Shown piece after piece: positions 11,246-21,525 of a stretch of 64,000 nucleotides of DNA (position 1 is its first letter; the number at the start of each line of letters is the position of its first letter). Below the pieces are notes generated by a model. That model worked only from the letters and a program-made list of their open reading frames with translations, did no database searches and was not told where the DNA came from. This stretch comes from Erysipelotrichaceae bacterium. GTDB taxonomy: Bacteria > Bacillota_I > Bacilli_A > Erysipelotrichales > Erysipelotrichaceae. A program made the position numbers and the translations under genes. The stretch covers positions 20,768 to 84,767 of the forward strand of contig JBGSTC010000028.1 in the NCBI GenBank assembly GCA_041736705.1, written 5' to 3'.

Positions 11246-11288
11246 GCGATGAACCGCACGATTTAGGTGCGATTCATCGCCTTTTTAT
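11246..11288 (+). terminator. Rho-independent terminator after gltD
   Basis: 14-bp stem gcgatgaaccgcac/gtgcgattcatcgc (one mismatch) followed by ctttttat. Confidence 0.6.
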
Positions 11289-11313
11289 CCGTGCTTTGAA
11301 CTATAATGGAAGT

Positions 11314-12735
11314 ATGGAAAAAGAAACCAACCAGATATCCACGATCGACAAGATTTCCTTCGGAATCGGTGATTTGGGGAACGGATTATCGATGCAGATC
11401 ATCGGATCCTACCTGGTTTTCTTCATGACCGCGATCCTGGGGATTCCCGGGACCATGGCCGGTCTGATCGTCGGCGTCAGTATCTTCTGGGACGCAGTCA
11501 CCGACCCCGTCATGGGCTACATTTCCGACCATACGCGATCGGATAAATACGGACGCCGGCACTTGTATCTGATGATCGGGATGTTGGGGGTGTCCATCAG
11601 CAACATCGCGCTCTTCAGCCTTCCCGTGAAAATGGATATGCTTTTCAAAGTCGTTTTGATTACCTTCTTCATCCTGCTCTACAAAACATCGATCACCATC
11701 TTGGTGACCCCTTATACCGCCCTAGGCTCGGAACTGTCCAGTGACTACAACGAACGGGCGCGCATCCAAAGCATCAAGTCGATCTTCTTTACGCTGGGGG
11801 TCGGATTAAGCATGGTCGCCGGGATGAGGTTCTTCTTCAATTCAAGCGATGCTTTTCCCTTGGGTCAACTCAATCCTGCGGGATATCGCAACATGGCCAT
11901 CGTCACCGCGGCGTTTTCAATGTTATCCATGTCGCTTTGCATCTACAACACCAAGAAATACATCCCTCGACTCAACAAACAGAGGATGGACGATAAGCGT
12001 AGGCATTCCGTGAAAGACGTCCTCAACGCTCTGACGTCTTCCTTCTCCAACCATGCTTTCAAGTTCGTCGCCCTCTCCTACATGTTCAGCAACATCGCGA
12101 CCGCCTTCACCAACAACATGGGCATCCATGTCTTCACCTATACCTTCGGGTTTCAAAACACGTCGATTTCGACGATTTTCGCGCTTCAGATCCTCTTCAA
12201 TATTTTATCCCAGCCTTTATGGATCAAATACATCGAACGCTACGATAAGAAACGAAGCATCCTGCTCGCCTTGTCGTTAGTCGCCATCGGGTGCGTCTAT
12301 GTCATCGGGTTGATCCCGTTTCGCGATCTGATCCAAGGGGAAACCAATTTCTTCGTCCCCTACGCCATCCTGGCGGGACTGGGTACGGGCGCTTGGTTTG
12401 TCCCAGCGTCCATGGTCGCCGATGCGATCGACCTGGAAGAACTCGAGATCGGACACCGCAGCGAAGCGACGTATTTCGGCAGCATGACTTTCATCTACAA
12501 GCTTTCCCAAGCCATGACCGTCCCGATCATCGGGATCATGCTTGAAGCGGTCGCTTTCAATGCCAACGCCTCGACCCAAACCCCGTCGACCCAAGTCGCC
12601 TTGGCTTTGATCCTGGGGATCGGGACGCTTGTCGGGATTTTCTTCGCCGCTATTAGTATCGGGAGGTATCCGTTATCCAAGGAAAAAATCCGTAAAATCC
12701 AGGAAGAACTTTCATCGAAAGCGACTGAATCGTGA
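11314..12735 (+). CDS. MFS transporter, glycoside-pentoside-hexuronide (GPH):cation symporter family
   Basis: Twelve-TM protein carrying the GPH signature region (DAVTDPVMGYISDHTRSDKYGRRH). Start chosen at the internal ATG (MEKETNQ…) downstream of the gltD terminator. Confidence 0.8.
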   Translation: MEKETNQISTIDKISFGIGDLGNGLSMQIIGSYLVFFMTAILGIPGTMAGLIVGVSIFWDAVTDPVMGYISDHTRSDKYGRRHLYLMIGMLGVSISNIALFSLPVKMDMLFKVVLITFFILLYKTSITILVTPYTALGSELSSDYNERARIQSIKSIFFTLGVGLSMVAGMRFFFNSSDAFPLGQLNPAGYRNMAIVTAAFSMLSMSLCIYNTKKYIPRLNKQRMDDKRRHSVKDVLNALTSSFSNHAFKFVALSYMFSNIATAFTNNMGIHVFTYTFGFQNTSISTIFALQILFNILSQPLWIKYIERYDKKRSILLALSLVAIGCVYVIGLIPFRDLIQGETNFFVPYAILAGLGTGAWFVPASMVADAIDLEELEIGHRSEATYFGSMTFIYKLSQAMTVPIIGIMLEAVAFNANASTQTPSTQVALALILGIGTLVGIFFAAISIGRYPLSKEKIRKIQEELSSKATES

Positions 12736-12865
12736 AAATTGTGAAAAAAAGGTGTACAAGGCGAAGTTGAACGCAAGATTATGCTAAAATAAAAACAAGA
12801 AATGCCGCACTCCCGCGACACTTCATGAATACTTTTTGACAAATCGAGTGAAAGGAGAAAACACG

Positions 12866-13270
12866 ATGTCAAAGTTAAGCATGATTGAGGGAATCGGAGA
12901 ATCATTCGAATTGAAATTGAAGGAAGCAGGCGTCGGATCGGTTGAAAAATTATTGGAGGTCGGAGCGAACAAAAAAGGTCGCGATGAACTCGCCGAAAAA
13001 TCCGGCATCAGCGACAAATTGATCCTCAAATGGACCAACCATGCGGATCTTTTCAGAATCAAAGGAATCGCAGGGGAATATGCGGAATTGTTGGAAGCCG
13101 CCGGGGTCGATACGGTCGTGGAACTTGCCACCCGTAAACCGGAGAATCTGACAGCGAAGATCCTTGAAGTCAACAAAGCCAAAGAATTGGTCCGTAAAGT
13201 CCCGACCTTGAAACTGGTCGAAGACTGGGTGGAACAAGCCAAGAAACTTCCCAGAGCCGTTTTCTACTAA
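12866..13270 (+). CDS. DUF4332-like (helix-hairpin-helix-like) protein
   Basis: Motifs IEGIGESFE…FRIKGIAGEYAELLEAAGVDTV typical of DUF4332. RBS gaaaggag. Confidence 0.55.
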   Translation: MSKLSMIEGIGESFELKLKEAGVGSVEKLLEVGANKKGRDELAEKSGISDKLILKWTNHADLFRIKGIAGEYAELLEAAGVDTVVELATRKPENLTAKILEVNKAKELVRKVPTLKLVEDWVEQAKKLPRAVFY

Positions 13271-13300
13271 CACAGGAAATCTTTCCTACAGGAGGATGTC

Positions 13301-13876
13301 ATGAGTCTATTGGATGGGATTCTTTCCCAACTGGATCAGGATGAACTGATCGAGAAGTTGGGGAAATCGGTCAACGCGAATCCGGACCAGGTCAAGATAC
13401 TGGTTCAGGTCGGCATGCCGAGTTTGGTGCAGGCGCTCAACAAGAACGCGAAATCACCCGAAGGGGCGGCTTCGCTTGCGAAAGCGCTGGATCAACACAA
13501 AGACGACAAGGTCGACGATCTTTCGGATTTTCTCAAGAACGTGGACACCCAAGACGGGGCGAAGATCCTCCAGCATGTCTTAGGTTCCAAAACCAATGCG
13601 GTCGAAAAGAACCTTTCGCTCCAAACCGGACTGCAGGGCAACCAAGTCGGGGCATTGTTGTCGATGTTGGCTCCCTTATTGTTAGGAAGTTTGGGTCAAC
13701 AGAAGAAGAAACAAGGGATCGACACTTCGGGACTTGGCGGATTGCTTGGCGGTCTGCTGGGAGGTTCGGGTGCGGACAACCTTTTAGGTGGACTCTCCGG
13801 TCTGCTTGACAGCGACAAAGACGGGGATATGATGGATGATGTCGGGGATTTACTCGGCGGATTCTTTAAGAAGTAA
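13301..13876 (+). CDS. DUF937-like protein
   Basis: N-terminus MSLLDGILSQL… and a C-terminal G/L-rich tail typical of DUF937. RBS aggagg. Confidence 0.55.
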   Translation: MSLLDGILSQLDQDELIEKLGKSVNANPDQVKILVQVGMPSLVQALNKNAKSPEGAASLAKALDQHKDDKVDDLSDFLKNVDTQDGAKILQHVLGSKTNAVEKNLSLQTGLQGNQVGALLSMLAPLLLGSLGQQKKKQGIDTSGLGGLLGGLLGGSGADNLLGGLSGLLDSDKDGDMMDDVGDLLGGFFKK

Positions 13877-13880
13877 ACCT

Positions 13881-13912
13881 AGACCGCGACAAACGTCGCG
13901 GTCTTTCCTTTG
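13881..13912 (+). terminator. Rho-independent terminator
   Basis: Hairpin agaccgcgac-aaac-gtcgcggtct followed by a T-rich run. Confidence 0.7.
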
Positions 13913-13950
13913 TATCCATCGAAAAAGATTCGGGTATAATAGAAGTGACA
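13911..13950 (+). promoter_or_regulatory. Putative sigma-A promoter for punA-xpt-lacZ
   Basis: -35-like ttgtat and -10 tataat (13945-13950), about 30 nt upstream of the punA ATG. The 19-nt spacer is slightly long. Confidence 0.35.
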
Positions 13951-13979
13951 AGTCGCGACGATGCGACGGAGGATCCGCA

Positions 13980-14783
13980 ATGGAACACTACTTCGATAAA
14001 ATACAGACATGCGCAACGGTGATCCGAAACCGATGCGAAACCCTTCCCGAGGTCGCCATCGTTTTGGGGTCGGGTTTGGGCGACATCGTCGACCAACTGG
14101 CTAATCCGATCGTCCTGCCCTATGACTCGTTACCCTTCTTTCCCCAGTCCACGGTCGTCGGACACAAAGGTCAAATGATCCTGGGCGAACTGAAAGGGAA
14201 ACCGGTTTTGATCATGGCAGGGAGAACCCATTATTACGAAGGGTATACGATGAAGGAAGTGGTTTTCCCGATTTATGTGTTCAAGGCTCTGGGAATCAAG
14301 ACCTTGATTTTGACCAACGCCTGCGGCGGGATCAATGAAGACTATCAACCCGGGGACATCGTACTGGTCGAGGATTTCATCAACCTCGCTTTCGACAATC
14401 CCCTGATCGGCGTCAACGACGATCGTCTGGGTCCGCGCTTCCCCGACATGAGCGAACCGTTCAGTTTCAAGTTGATCGAAAAGATGAAACGCATCCAGCC
14501 TGACCTTAAGCAGGGGACCTATGGTTTCTTCAGCGGTCCCTATTACGAAACACGTGCCGAGATCCAAGCCTTCAAACGCATGGGTTGCGATTTGATCGGC
14601 ATGAGCACCGTCCCCGAGACCATCGCAGCCAATCATTGCGGTATGGAAGTACTAGCCTTCTCCGTCGTCACCAACATGGCGACAGGCATCCAGAAAGTCA
14701 AACACGACCACCAACGCGTCCTCGATACCGCCGTCCTCGCTTCGGCGAAACTCAAAACCCTTCTTTTGGCTTGGTTCGACTGA
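13980..14783 (+). CDS. punA: Purine nucleoside phosphorylase, PunA type (PNP/MTAP family)
   Basis: Motifs VAIVLGSGLG…, ILTNACGG, GMSTVPE. Start chosen at the internal ATG (MEHYFDK) rather than the longer ORF that overlaps the upstream terminator. Confidence 0.85.
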   Translation: MEHYFDKIQTCATVIRNRCETLPEVAIVLGSGLGDIVDQLANPIVLPYDSLPFFPQSTVVGHKGQMILGELKGKPVLIMAGRTHYYEGYTMKEVVFPIYVFKALGIKTLILTNACGGINEDYQPGDIVLVEDFINLAFDNPLIGVNDDRLGPRFPDMSEPFSFKLIEKMKRIQPDLKQGTYGFFSGPYYETRAEIQAFKRMGCDLIGMSTVPETIAANHCGMEVLAFSVVTNMATGIQKVKHDHQRVLDTAVLASAKLKTLLLAWFD

Positions 14784-15389
14784 ATGGATACACTGAAACG
14801 GCGCATCCGAGAGGATGGAAGGATTCTCCCCGGACAAGTCATCAAAGTCGACGGCTTTCTCAACCATCAACTCGACATCGCCCTAATCCAGGAGATGGGC
14901 GAAGAATTCCACCGGTTATTCAAGAGCGTTCATGTGGATAAGATCCTGACCATCGAAGCGTCCGGGATCGCGATCGCAGCGATCAGCGCCCAATCTTTCA
15001 AAGTCCCCGTGGTCTTTGCGAAGAAGAGCGAATCCAAAATTTTGGATCAAGATACCTACACCTGTACGGTCCATTCCTACACGAAAAACCGCAGTTACCC
15101 CGTCCATGTGGCGAAAACCTTCCTCCATGAGAATGAAAACATCCTCATCATCGATGATTTCCTCGCCAAAGGACAGGCGGTCCTCGGTTTGGTCGATATC
15201 GTCAATCAAGCCGGAGCAAGGGTGGTCGGGATCGGGATCGTCATCGAAAAGGGATTCCAGGACGGAGGGAAGTTGATCCGCGAACAACACCTGAACCTTC
15301 ACTCCCTCGCCATCATCGATTCGATCGAAGACGGCGTCCTGCGGTTTCGCGAATCGTCGCATCCCGACACGAAAGGATCTTCCCTATGA
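14784..15389 (+). CDS. xpt: Xanthine phosphoribosyltransferase
   Basis: MDTLKRRIREDGRILPGQVIKVDGFLNHQ… matches Xpt along its whole length, including the PRPP-binding loop (ILIIDDFLAKGQ). Confidence 0.85.
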   Translation: MDTLKRRIREDGRILPGQVIKVDGFLNHQLDIALIQEMGEEFHRLFKSVHVDKILTIEASGIAIAAISAQSFKVPVVFAKKSESKILDQDTYTCTVHSYTKNRSYPVHVAKTFLHENENILIIDDFLAKGQAVLGLVDIVNQAGARVVGIGIVIEKGFQDGGKLIREQHLNLHSLAIIDSIEDGVLRFRESSHPDTKGSSL

Positions 15390-18300
15390 ACACAAACGTA
15401 GCGAATCATCTCAATCCCCGACTCATCCAAATCAATAAACAAGCCCCGCATTTCGAAGCGGTTTCCTACACGACACCTGAATCTTTCGAACGAGGTGTTT
15501 CTTCTTCGCTGATCGACCTCAACGGCGAGTGGGCATTCAAGTTCTATCCTACCCCCGAGAACGTCCATTCGGGATTGTTTTCAAGCGACCCTTTGGATGC
15601 GCTGGATACGATCGAGGTCCCGGGCGTGATGGAACTGCAAGGCTACGGGAAACCCTATTATCTGGCAATGAGCTATCCTCCCCAAGTGAATGTGAAAAAG
15701 GCAAGCATTCCCTCGATCTCCGCAAGCGATAATCCGACCGGTCTGTATCTTCGCGACTTCGACATCCCGACCCATTTCATGGGTCAGCGCGTGTTCATCC
15801 GTTTCAACGGTGCGAAAAGCCTGCTTGAAGTCTCGATCAACGGACACTTCGTCGGACTCTCCAAAGGATCGATGACCCCGCATGAATTCGAAATCACACC
15901 ATACATCCACGAAGGGATCAACCGGGTCGGCGCGATGGTCGTCAAATACAGCGATGCGACCTATCTTGAAGACCAGGACATGTGGTTTCTGTCGGGGATC
16001 TATCGGGATGTGGAACTGTTCTGTGAACCTCTGAATTATATCCAAGACGCGTTCGCCTTCTGCGAATTCGAAGTGGACGCGAAAGCGGCGAATCTTCACC
16101 TTAACGTCGAAATCGCAGCGGAAGAGATGAAATCCATGAGACTGAAAGCCACCTTGGTCAAAGACAAAACGATTTTATTGTTTGATCAGAAGATCGACGA
16201 GCGTAGAATCTCAATTACCCAGCGGATCGAGGATGTGGAAGGATGGACGGCCGAGACCCCGAACCTGTACGAAATCCGACTCGAACTCTTTCAAGATAAA
16301 CAATTCATCCAAGGGAAGAAATTCGACTATGGCTTCCGACAGACCGAAATCGTCGACGGGATTTTCCTCGTCAACAAGAAGCCGATCAAACTCAAAGGGG
16401 TGAACCGTCACGATTTCCATCCCGTGAAAGGATGGGCGATCGATAAGCTTACCCGTGAAACCGATATCCGGATCATGAAGTCCCACAACATCAACGCAAT
16501 CCGGACTTCCCATTACCCCAATGACCGACACCTCTATGAACTCTGCGACCGTTACGGCCTCTATGTGATCGACGAGGCGGATTTAGAGACCCACGGGGTC
16601 CGTACCTTCCTCCCCAAGGATGATCCGCGATGGTTGGATGCGATGATCGACCGCGGGATCAGGATGGTAAAACGCGACCGCAACCACGCCTGTATCGTGA
16701 TGTGGTCGCTGGGGAACGAAGCGGGTTTCGGGACCAACTTCATCGCGATGAAGAAAGCGATGAAGGAAGCGGACGCGACGCGTCCCTTCCACTACGAAGG
16801 GGATCCCACCCTCAAACTATCGGATGTGAAAAGCATGATGTACCCCGATCCCAAACTACTGAAACGTTATGGGGAAAAAGAAGACATCCTCCCCAGGACT
16901 CCGATGGATTACGTCATGAAAGGCATGTTGTCGAAATTCTACCATGCCAGGAAAGATTATGAAAACCTACCGGTCATGGTTTGCGAATACGCCCATTGCA
17001 TGGGCAATTCGCTGGGCAACCTCAAGGAACATGTCGATCTCTTCGATGCCTATCCCAATCTTCTGGGAGGATTCATCTGGGATTTCGTAGACCAGGCGAT
17101 TGAAAAAAAGGATCGGCACGGACATCCGATCTTCCTTTACGGCGGGGATTTCGACGAAGAGAAAACCAACGGACCGTTTTGCGCCAACGGGCTGATCGCA
17201 GCCGATCGTTCCCTTCATCCGGCGATCAGCGAGGTGAAGAAAGTCTATGCGAACCTCGCGATCATAAAAGACGAAGACAAACTGATCATCCGTAATAAAA
17301 ACGTGTTTGTTACGACGGACGAGTACCGTTTCATATTGAGAAAATTCGTGGAAGGTAAACTCGACATCGAAACGGAACTCATCGTCCCGACGATCCCTCC
17401 CTTACGCCAAGCATCGGTCAAACTCCCCGAAGACTATCTTAAAAAAGAAATCGACCATGACATCCTGCTTGAAGTCGATGTCTTGGAAAAATTCGACCGT
17501 TTATGGTGTTCAGAGGGTCACGAAGTCACCTTCTTCCAGTTCGAAGAAAGAAGAGACCGCAACCGACACATCGCCCCATCAAGCTATCAGGCGCCGGATG
17601 TGATCGATACCTCGACGAACCTGGAAATCATCGCCGGTAAGATGCGCTATGTCTTCGATAAAGTCCACGGGCTCTTGGAGTTCTGTTCGGACAATGAAGA
17701 GAACCTCTTCGAATATCCCCTGGACTATAATTTCTCGCGCGCCGACATCGACAACGACCGGATGTTGGAGATGTGGGCACCCATCCTGCGTCATTTCAAC
17801 CTCAACCGAAGATGGGACTACAACGTCTCGATGTTGAGGGCGAAGAAGTTCGACGTCGTGCTTGAAGACCATGACGTTTTGGTCACCATCCGACATAAAC
17901 TCCCCGACGTCAGATCCATGATCACGACCTATCGTTTCTATGGGAACGGCACCGTCGACATCAAACTCGAACTCACCCCCAAGAAAGAAATCATGCGGGT
18001 CGGAATGAACCTGACATTGTCAAACCTCTTCGACACCGTCACGTTCTATGGGAAAGGTCCGCAAGAAAACTATCGCGACCGCAACACCGGGGCGAAAGTC
18101 GGCATCCATACCGGGAATCTCTTCGAGTTCATCCACCACTACATGCGACCCAGCGAGAACGGAAACCATACGGAAGTCCGTCATCTGAGCGTTAAATCGA
18201 AAATGAAATCCTTTGTTTTCGAAGCCTTGTCCAACGACCTTCTCAATACCTCCGTCTGGCCGTATACCCAGAGTGAACTCGGCAGCGCCCGACACATCCA

Positions 18301-18457
18301 TGATTTACCTATCCCCCATGTGACCACCGTCAACATCGACCTGGGTCAACGTGGCGTAGGAGGGGACTCGCCCATGAACGGGGGGGTTTTGAAAGAATAC
18401 CGAATGAAAAAGAATGTGACTTATATCCTCCATTATCGGATGCATATCGAAAAATAA
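15386..18457 (+). CDS. Beta-galactosidase, glycoside hydrolase family 2
   Basis: GH2 sugar-binding, TIM-barrel (…WSLGNEAG…, …VMVCEYAHCMGNS…) and C-terminal bgaL small-chain domains, about 1020 aa. Start ATG overlaps the xpt stop (ATGA). Confidence 0.85.
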   Translation: MNTNVANHLNPRLIQINKQAPHFEAVSYTTPESFERGVSSSLIDLNGEWAFKFYPTPENVHSGLFSSDPLDALDTIEVPGVMELQGYGKPYYLAMSYPPQVNVKKASIPSISASDNPTGLYLRDFDIPTHFMGQRVFIRFNGAKSLLEVSINGHFVGLSKGSMTPHEFEITPYIHEGINRVGAMVVKYSDATYLEDQDMWFLSGIYRDVELFCEPLNYIQDAFAFCEFEVDAKAANLHLNVEIAAEEMKSMRLKATLVKDKTILLFDQKIDERRISITQRIEDVEGWTAETPNLYEIRLELFQDKQFIQGKKFDYGFRQTEIVDGIFLVNKKPIKLKGVNRHDFHPVKGWAIDKLTRETDIRIMKSHNINAIRTSHYPNDRHLYELCDRYGLYVIDEADLETHGVRTFLPKDDPRWLDAMIDRGIRMVKRDRNHACIVMWSLGNEAGFGTNFIAMKKAMKEADATRPFHYEGDPTLKLSDVKSMMYPDPKLLKRYGEKEDILPRTPMDYVMKGMLSKFYHARKDYENLPVMVCEYAHCMGNSLGNLKEHVDLFDAYPNLLGGFIWDFVDQAIEKKDRHGHPIFLYGGDFDEEKTNGPFCANGLIAADRSLHPAISEVKKVYANLAIIKDEDKLIIRNKNVFVTTDEYRFILRKFVEGKLDIETELIVPTIPPLRQASVKLPEDYLKKEIDHDILLEVDVLEKFDRLWCSEGHEVTFFQFEERRDRNRHIAPSSYQAPDVIDTSTNLEIIAGKMRYVFDKVHGLLEFCSDNEENLFEYPLDYNFSRADIDNDRMLEMWAPILRHFNLNRRWDYNVSMLRAKKFDVVLEDHDVLVTIRHKLPDVRSMITTYRFYGNGTVDIKLELTPKKEIMRVGMNLTLSNLFDTVTFYGKGPQENYRDRNTGAKVGIHTGNLFEFIHHYMRPSENGNHTEVRHLSVKSKMKSFVFEALSNDLLNTSVWPYTQSELGSARHIHDLPIPHVTTVNIDLGQRGVGGDSPMNGGVLKEYRMKKNVTYILHYRMHIEK

Positions 18458-18474
18458 GAGCCCTCGCGGCTCTT
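18456..18474. terminator. Bidirectional terminator between lacZ (+) and the ypfJ-like gene (-)
   Basis: Hairpin aagagcc-ctcgc-ggctctt flanked by an A-run and a T-run. Confidence 0.6.
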
Positions 18475-19309
18475 ATTTCATGATTGAGAGTGTCGTGGCG
18501 TTGAACGTATCGCCATGATCCAAATCCCCGTATTGGAAACCTTTACGGAACCATCGCATCCTCTGTTCGGAGGTGCCGTGGGTGAAACTATCCGGCACGA
18601 CATAGCCTTGCGACTGTTTCTGGATCGTATCGTCGCCGACCGCGGATGCGGCGGCCAAGGCTTCATCGATGTCGCCTTCTTCAAGATAGCCATACCCTTG
18701 GACGTAATACGCCCACACCCCCGCAAGATAATCGGCCTGCAGTTCCAAACGGACGGATAAAGCATTGTATTCGGTCTCGCTCACCGTTTTCCGCAATTCT
18801 TCCATTTGCTTGATGATCCCGAGTTGGTTTTGGACATGATGTCCGACTTCATGGGCGATGACATAGGCCATCGCGAAATCACCCGGCGCGTTAAACCGTT
18901 TTTCCAGTTCATCGAAGAACACCAGGTCGATGTAGATCTTCTCGTCCCCCGGGCAATAGAACGGTCCGGTCGCCGAAGACGCGTTCCCGCAGGCGGATTG
19001 AACCGACCCGCTGAAGATTACCAGATACGGTTCACGATAATCCTCCCCGTAATCGTCGAACACATCGCTCCACACCCGTTCCGTATCCGCCAATACGACC
19101 GAAACGAACTCCGTCAATTCCGCCTCGCGGGCTTCACTCAGCGGACTGCCATTATTTTGATTGAATAGACCATTCAGTAAAGCGGAAGGGTCTCCGGTCA
19201 ACAGCGTATAGGCGATTAAAACGATGAACCCCAACCCCCCGATCGCCGCACCTCTTCCTCCGCTTGCGGTACTCACCCGCCCGCTGCCTGTTCGTCCTTG
19301 CCAACGCAT
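18473..19309 (-). CDS. YpfJ-family putative neutral zinc metallopeptidase (Zn_peptidase_2), membrane-anchored
   Basis: N-terminal TM helix (GGLGFIVLIAYTLL), HEXXH-type motif (HEVGHHVQNQLGI) and YpfJ-like conserved blocks. Confidence 0.8.
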   Translation of the reverse strand: MRWQGRTGSGRVSTASGGRGAAIGGLGFIVLIAYTLLTGDPSALLNGLFNQNNGSPLSEAREAELTEFVSVVLADTERVWSDVFDDYGEDYREPYLVIFSGSVQSACGNASSATGPFYCPGDEKIYIDLVFFDELEKRFNAPGDFAMAYVIAHEVGHHVQNQLGIIKQMEELRKTVSETEYNALSVRLELQADYLAGVWAYYVQGYGYLEEGDIDEALAAASAVGDDTIQKQSQGYVVPDSFTHGTSEQRMRWFRKGFQYGDLDHGDTFNATTLSIMK

Positions 19310-19446
19310 GACGTCACATCCTTTCCGTCATTATCTGTTTCTATTGTATCACTTCTTCGCTTTTTTCAGTGCATTTGTAATTGTGCTATAATGAAACCAA
19401 AGAATAGGCTAGTAGCGCTTTTGCGAATCGCGGAAGGAGGATGGGT

Positions 19447-20571
19447 ATGATACCAATCCGTAAAGCAGAAGTCGAAGACTTATTGAACCATGAGCATCGT
19501 CCGTGCATCACCTTGGTGGTTTCGCCCGGAGTCAAGGAAGTCGGTTTGGCGACCGGGGTCGCCGCGTATCGCGCATTGGTCAGGGATGCCTTGAAACAAT
19601 GCGAACGTTATCATTTGGGACAGATCGAAACCGAAGCGTTGTTTGAACCCTTGAACGCGCTGGAAAAAGATACGATCTTCTGGCAGGAACACCAACACAC
19701 CGTTTTGATCTATCGAAGCGGAGATCTCTTCAGGGTGGAACATCGGATCGCACAGTGGGAAAGCCGTGCGATCGTCGACGATGTCTTCCATCTTCGCCAT
19801 TTGGTCGCCGACCGTAACCTCGATGTGAACTATCACGTGTTGGTCGTCGCCAAAAACAAAGCCGAACTTTATCGAGGGAACTTGGAATCGTTGATACTCA
19901 ACGACACGAAGCTTGTCCAATCGAAGAAGGAAATCACGGAAGCTTCCGACAACATGCGGCAGCAGTTCCACAGCGCCGCATCCCCCGCCCACCGGGGATC
20001 GGGTTCAAACGCGTTTTATACCGGGGCGGGCGAAGACAACGATGAAGCCAGACAAGACCAGATACGCTATTTGAAAGCGTTGGACGAGGAAGTCGTCACC
20101 GTGTTAGGAAAATCGCGGGATCCCTTGGTGTTGGTCGGCGTCGAAGAGACGATGGCGCGCTATCGGAAATTTTCGGATTATCCCAATGTGTCGATCGAAT
20201 CCTTGCGTTATCAAGAGGAATACAAAGACATCGCGAAACTGCATCGGGATACCTTGGAAGTGATCAAAAAAGAAGTCGGGGATCCCAAAGCCGAACTCGT
20301 GGCTAAAATCAATGAAGAGATCGACCATCCCAACGGGAAAGTCGTCGCGGGCTTGGAGAGTTTATTGGCGGTCGCGGAAGAAGGCCGGATCCACAGCATA
20401 ATGATCGCGGTGGACCAGCAATCGATCCGTGGCTATTTCGACCCCGTTTTACTGAAGGTCGTCGAAGACGACCAGGGCGAAGACCTCGTCGAAAGACTGG
20501 TTCGCAACGCCTTGGATCAAGGCGCGTCCATCTATAGCGCCCAGGAGACCCTCGCTTATTTACGATATTAA
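19447..20571 (+). CDS. Hypothetical protein with an eRF1/Pelota-like C-terminal domain (bacterial baeRF-like)
   Basis: C-terminal block GKVVAGLESLLAVAEEGRIHSIMIAVDQ resembles the eRF1 domain-3 / Pelota VxGxxxVxxAxxxGxVxxLLV signature. No other domain recognised. RBS ggaagga gg. The family assignment is tentative. Confidence 0.55.
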   Translation: MIPIRKAEVEDLLNHEHRPCITLVVSPGVKEVGLATGVAAYRALVRDALKQCERYHLGQIETEALFEPLNALEKDTIFWQEHQHTVLIYRSGDLFRVEHRIAQWESRAIVDDVFHLRHLVADRNLDVNYHVLVVAKNKAELYRGNLESLILNDTKLVQSKKEITEASDNMRQQFHSAASPAHRGSGSNAFYTGAGEDNDEARQDQIRYLKALDEEVVTVLGKSRDPLVLVGVEETMARYRKFSDYPNVSIESLRYQEEYKDIAKLHRDTLEVIKKEVGDPKAELVAKINEEIDHPNGKVVAGLESLLAVAEEGRIHSIMIAVDQQSIRGYFDPVLLKVVEDDQGEDLVERLVRNALDQGASIYSAQETLAYLRY

Positions 20572-20589
20572 CAGAAACGGATAGGAAAC

Positions 20590-21510
20590 ATGCGACTGCG
20601 AAGAAGAAGGATGTGGATCCAAATCACAATCGGGGTAACGGTCATCGTCATTGCGGTGGCCGTTACGTTGCGTTTTGCCAACCCGTTGCGCTCCTATCCT
20701 TCCAAAGGAAAGCCGTCGCCGAAACCGACGATCCAGGATGTCCGTTTGCCAAGTCAGCCCGGTACATCGGTCTATGAGAAAAGCGGCTACACGATCGACT
20801 ACAGCCATGCCGACCAAGGCTACATCAGCGTGATCGGACCGCAAGACGATAAAATCAAAAAAGTACAAGTTCTGTTCGACGGGTTTACCTATACCTATGA
20901 CTTAGGGTCGGATCGCTATACGATCCTACCCCTACAAAAAGGGACGGGGGAATACACCGTACGAACGATGAGGAATACTTCGGGGAACGCCTATACGGTG
21001 ACGGCGTCCACAGTGATCAGCGCCACCGTGGCGGACGATTTGACGATCTACCTTTATCCCAACCAGATCGTGGATTACGACCTTCAGACGCTGGCCGTCA
21101 ATAAATCCTTCGAGATCACCCAGGAAGATGAATCCGACATCCAGCGCGTGCATACGATCTACCGCTATGTCATCGACTTGCTGAGCTACGACCAAGCCAA
21201 GGCGGACCGGGCGAAGGACATCTTCATGCTTCCGAACCTCGATGAAACCCTGACCAGCAAGAAAGGCATCTGTTTCGACTATGCGGCGCTGATGACCGCG
21301 ATGCTTCGGGTCCAAGGGATCCCGACCCGCTTGATCACAGGGTATACGGACATCGCCTATCATGCCTGGGTCGAGATCTATCTGGTCGATGTGGGATGGA
21401 TCAATCCCAAGATCTACTTCGAATCTAAGGTCTGGAAACGGGTCGATCCGACCTTCGACGATTCATTCGGGATTTATTTCGGGGACTATCAGACGAAGTA
21501 TACATACTAG
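20590..21510 (+). CDS. Transglutaminase-like cysteine protease superfamily protein, membrane-anchored
   Basis: N-terminal TM. The Cys-His-Asp core region (KGICFDYAALMTAMLRVQGIPTRLITGY…AYHAWVEIYL…RVDPT) is typical of the transglutaminase-like superfamily. Confidence 0.8.
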   Translation: MRLRRRRMWIQITIGVTVIVIAVAVTLRFANPLRSYPSKGKPSPKPTIQDVRLPSQPGTSVYEKSGYTIDYSHADQGYISVIGPQDDKIKKVQVLFDGFTYTYDLGSDRYTILPLQKGTGEYTVRTMRNTSGNAYTVTASTVISATVADDLTIYLYPNQIVDYDLQTLAVNKSFEITQEDESDIQRVHTIYRYVIDLLSYDQAKADRAKDIFMLPNLDETLTSKKGICFDYAALMTAMLRVQGIPTRLITGYTDIAYHAWVEIYLVDVGWINPKIYFESKVWKRVDPTFDDSFGIYFGDYQTKYTY

Positions 21511-21525
21511 GAGGAGGGAAAAACA

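Noticed and set aside
13912-13980. Purine riboswitch upstream of punA/xpt
   Set aside because: The leader after the -10 element is about 25 nt with a small hairpin only. No conserved purine-aptamer junction is present.
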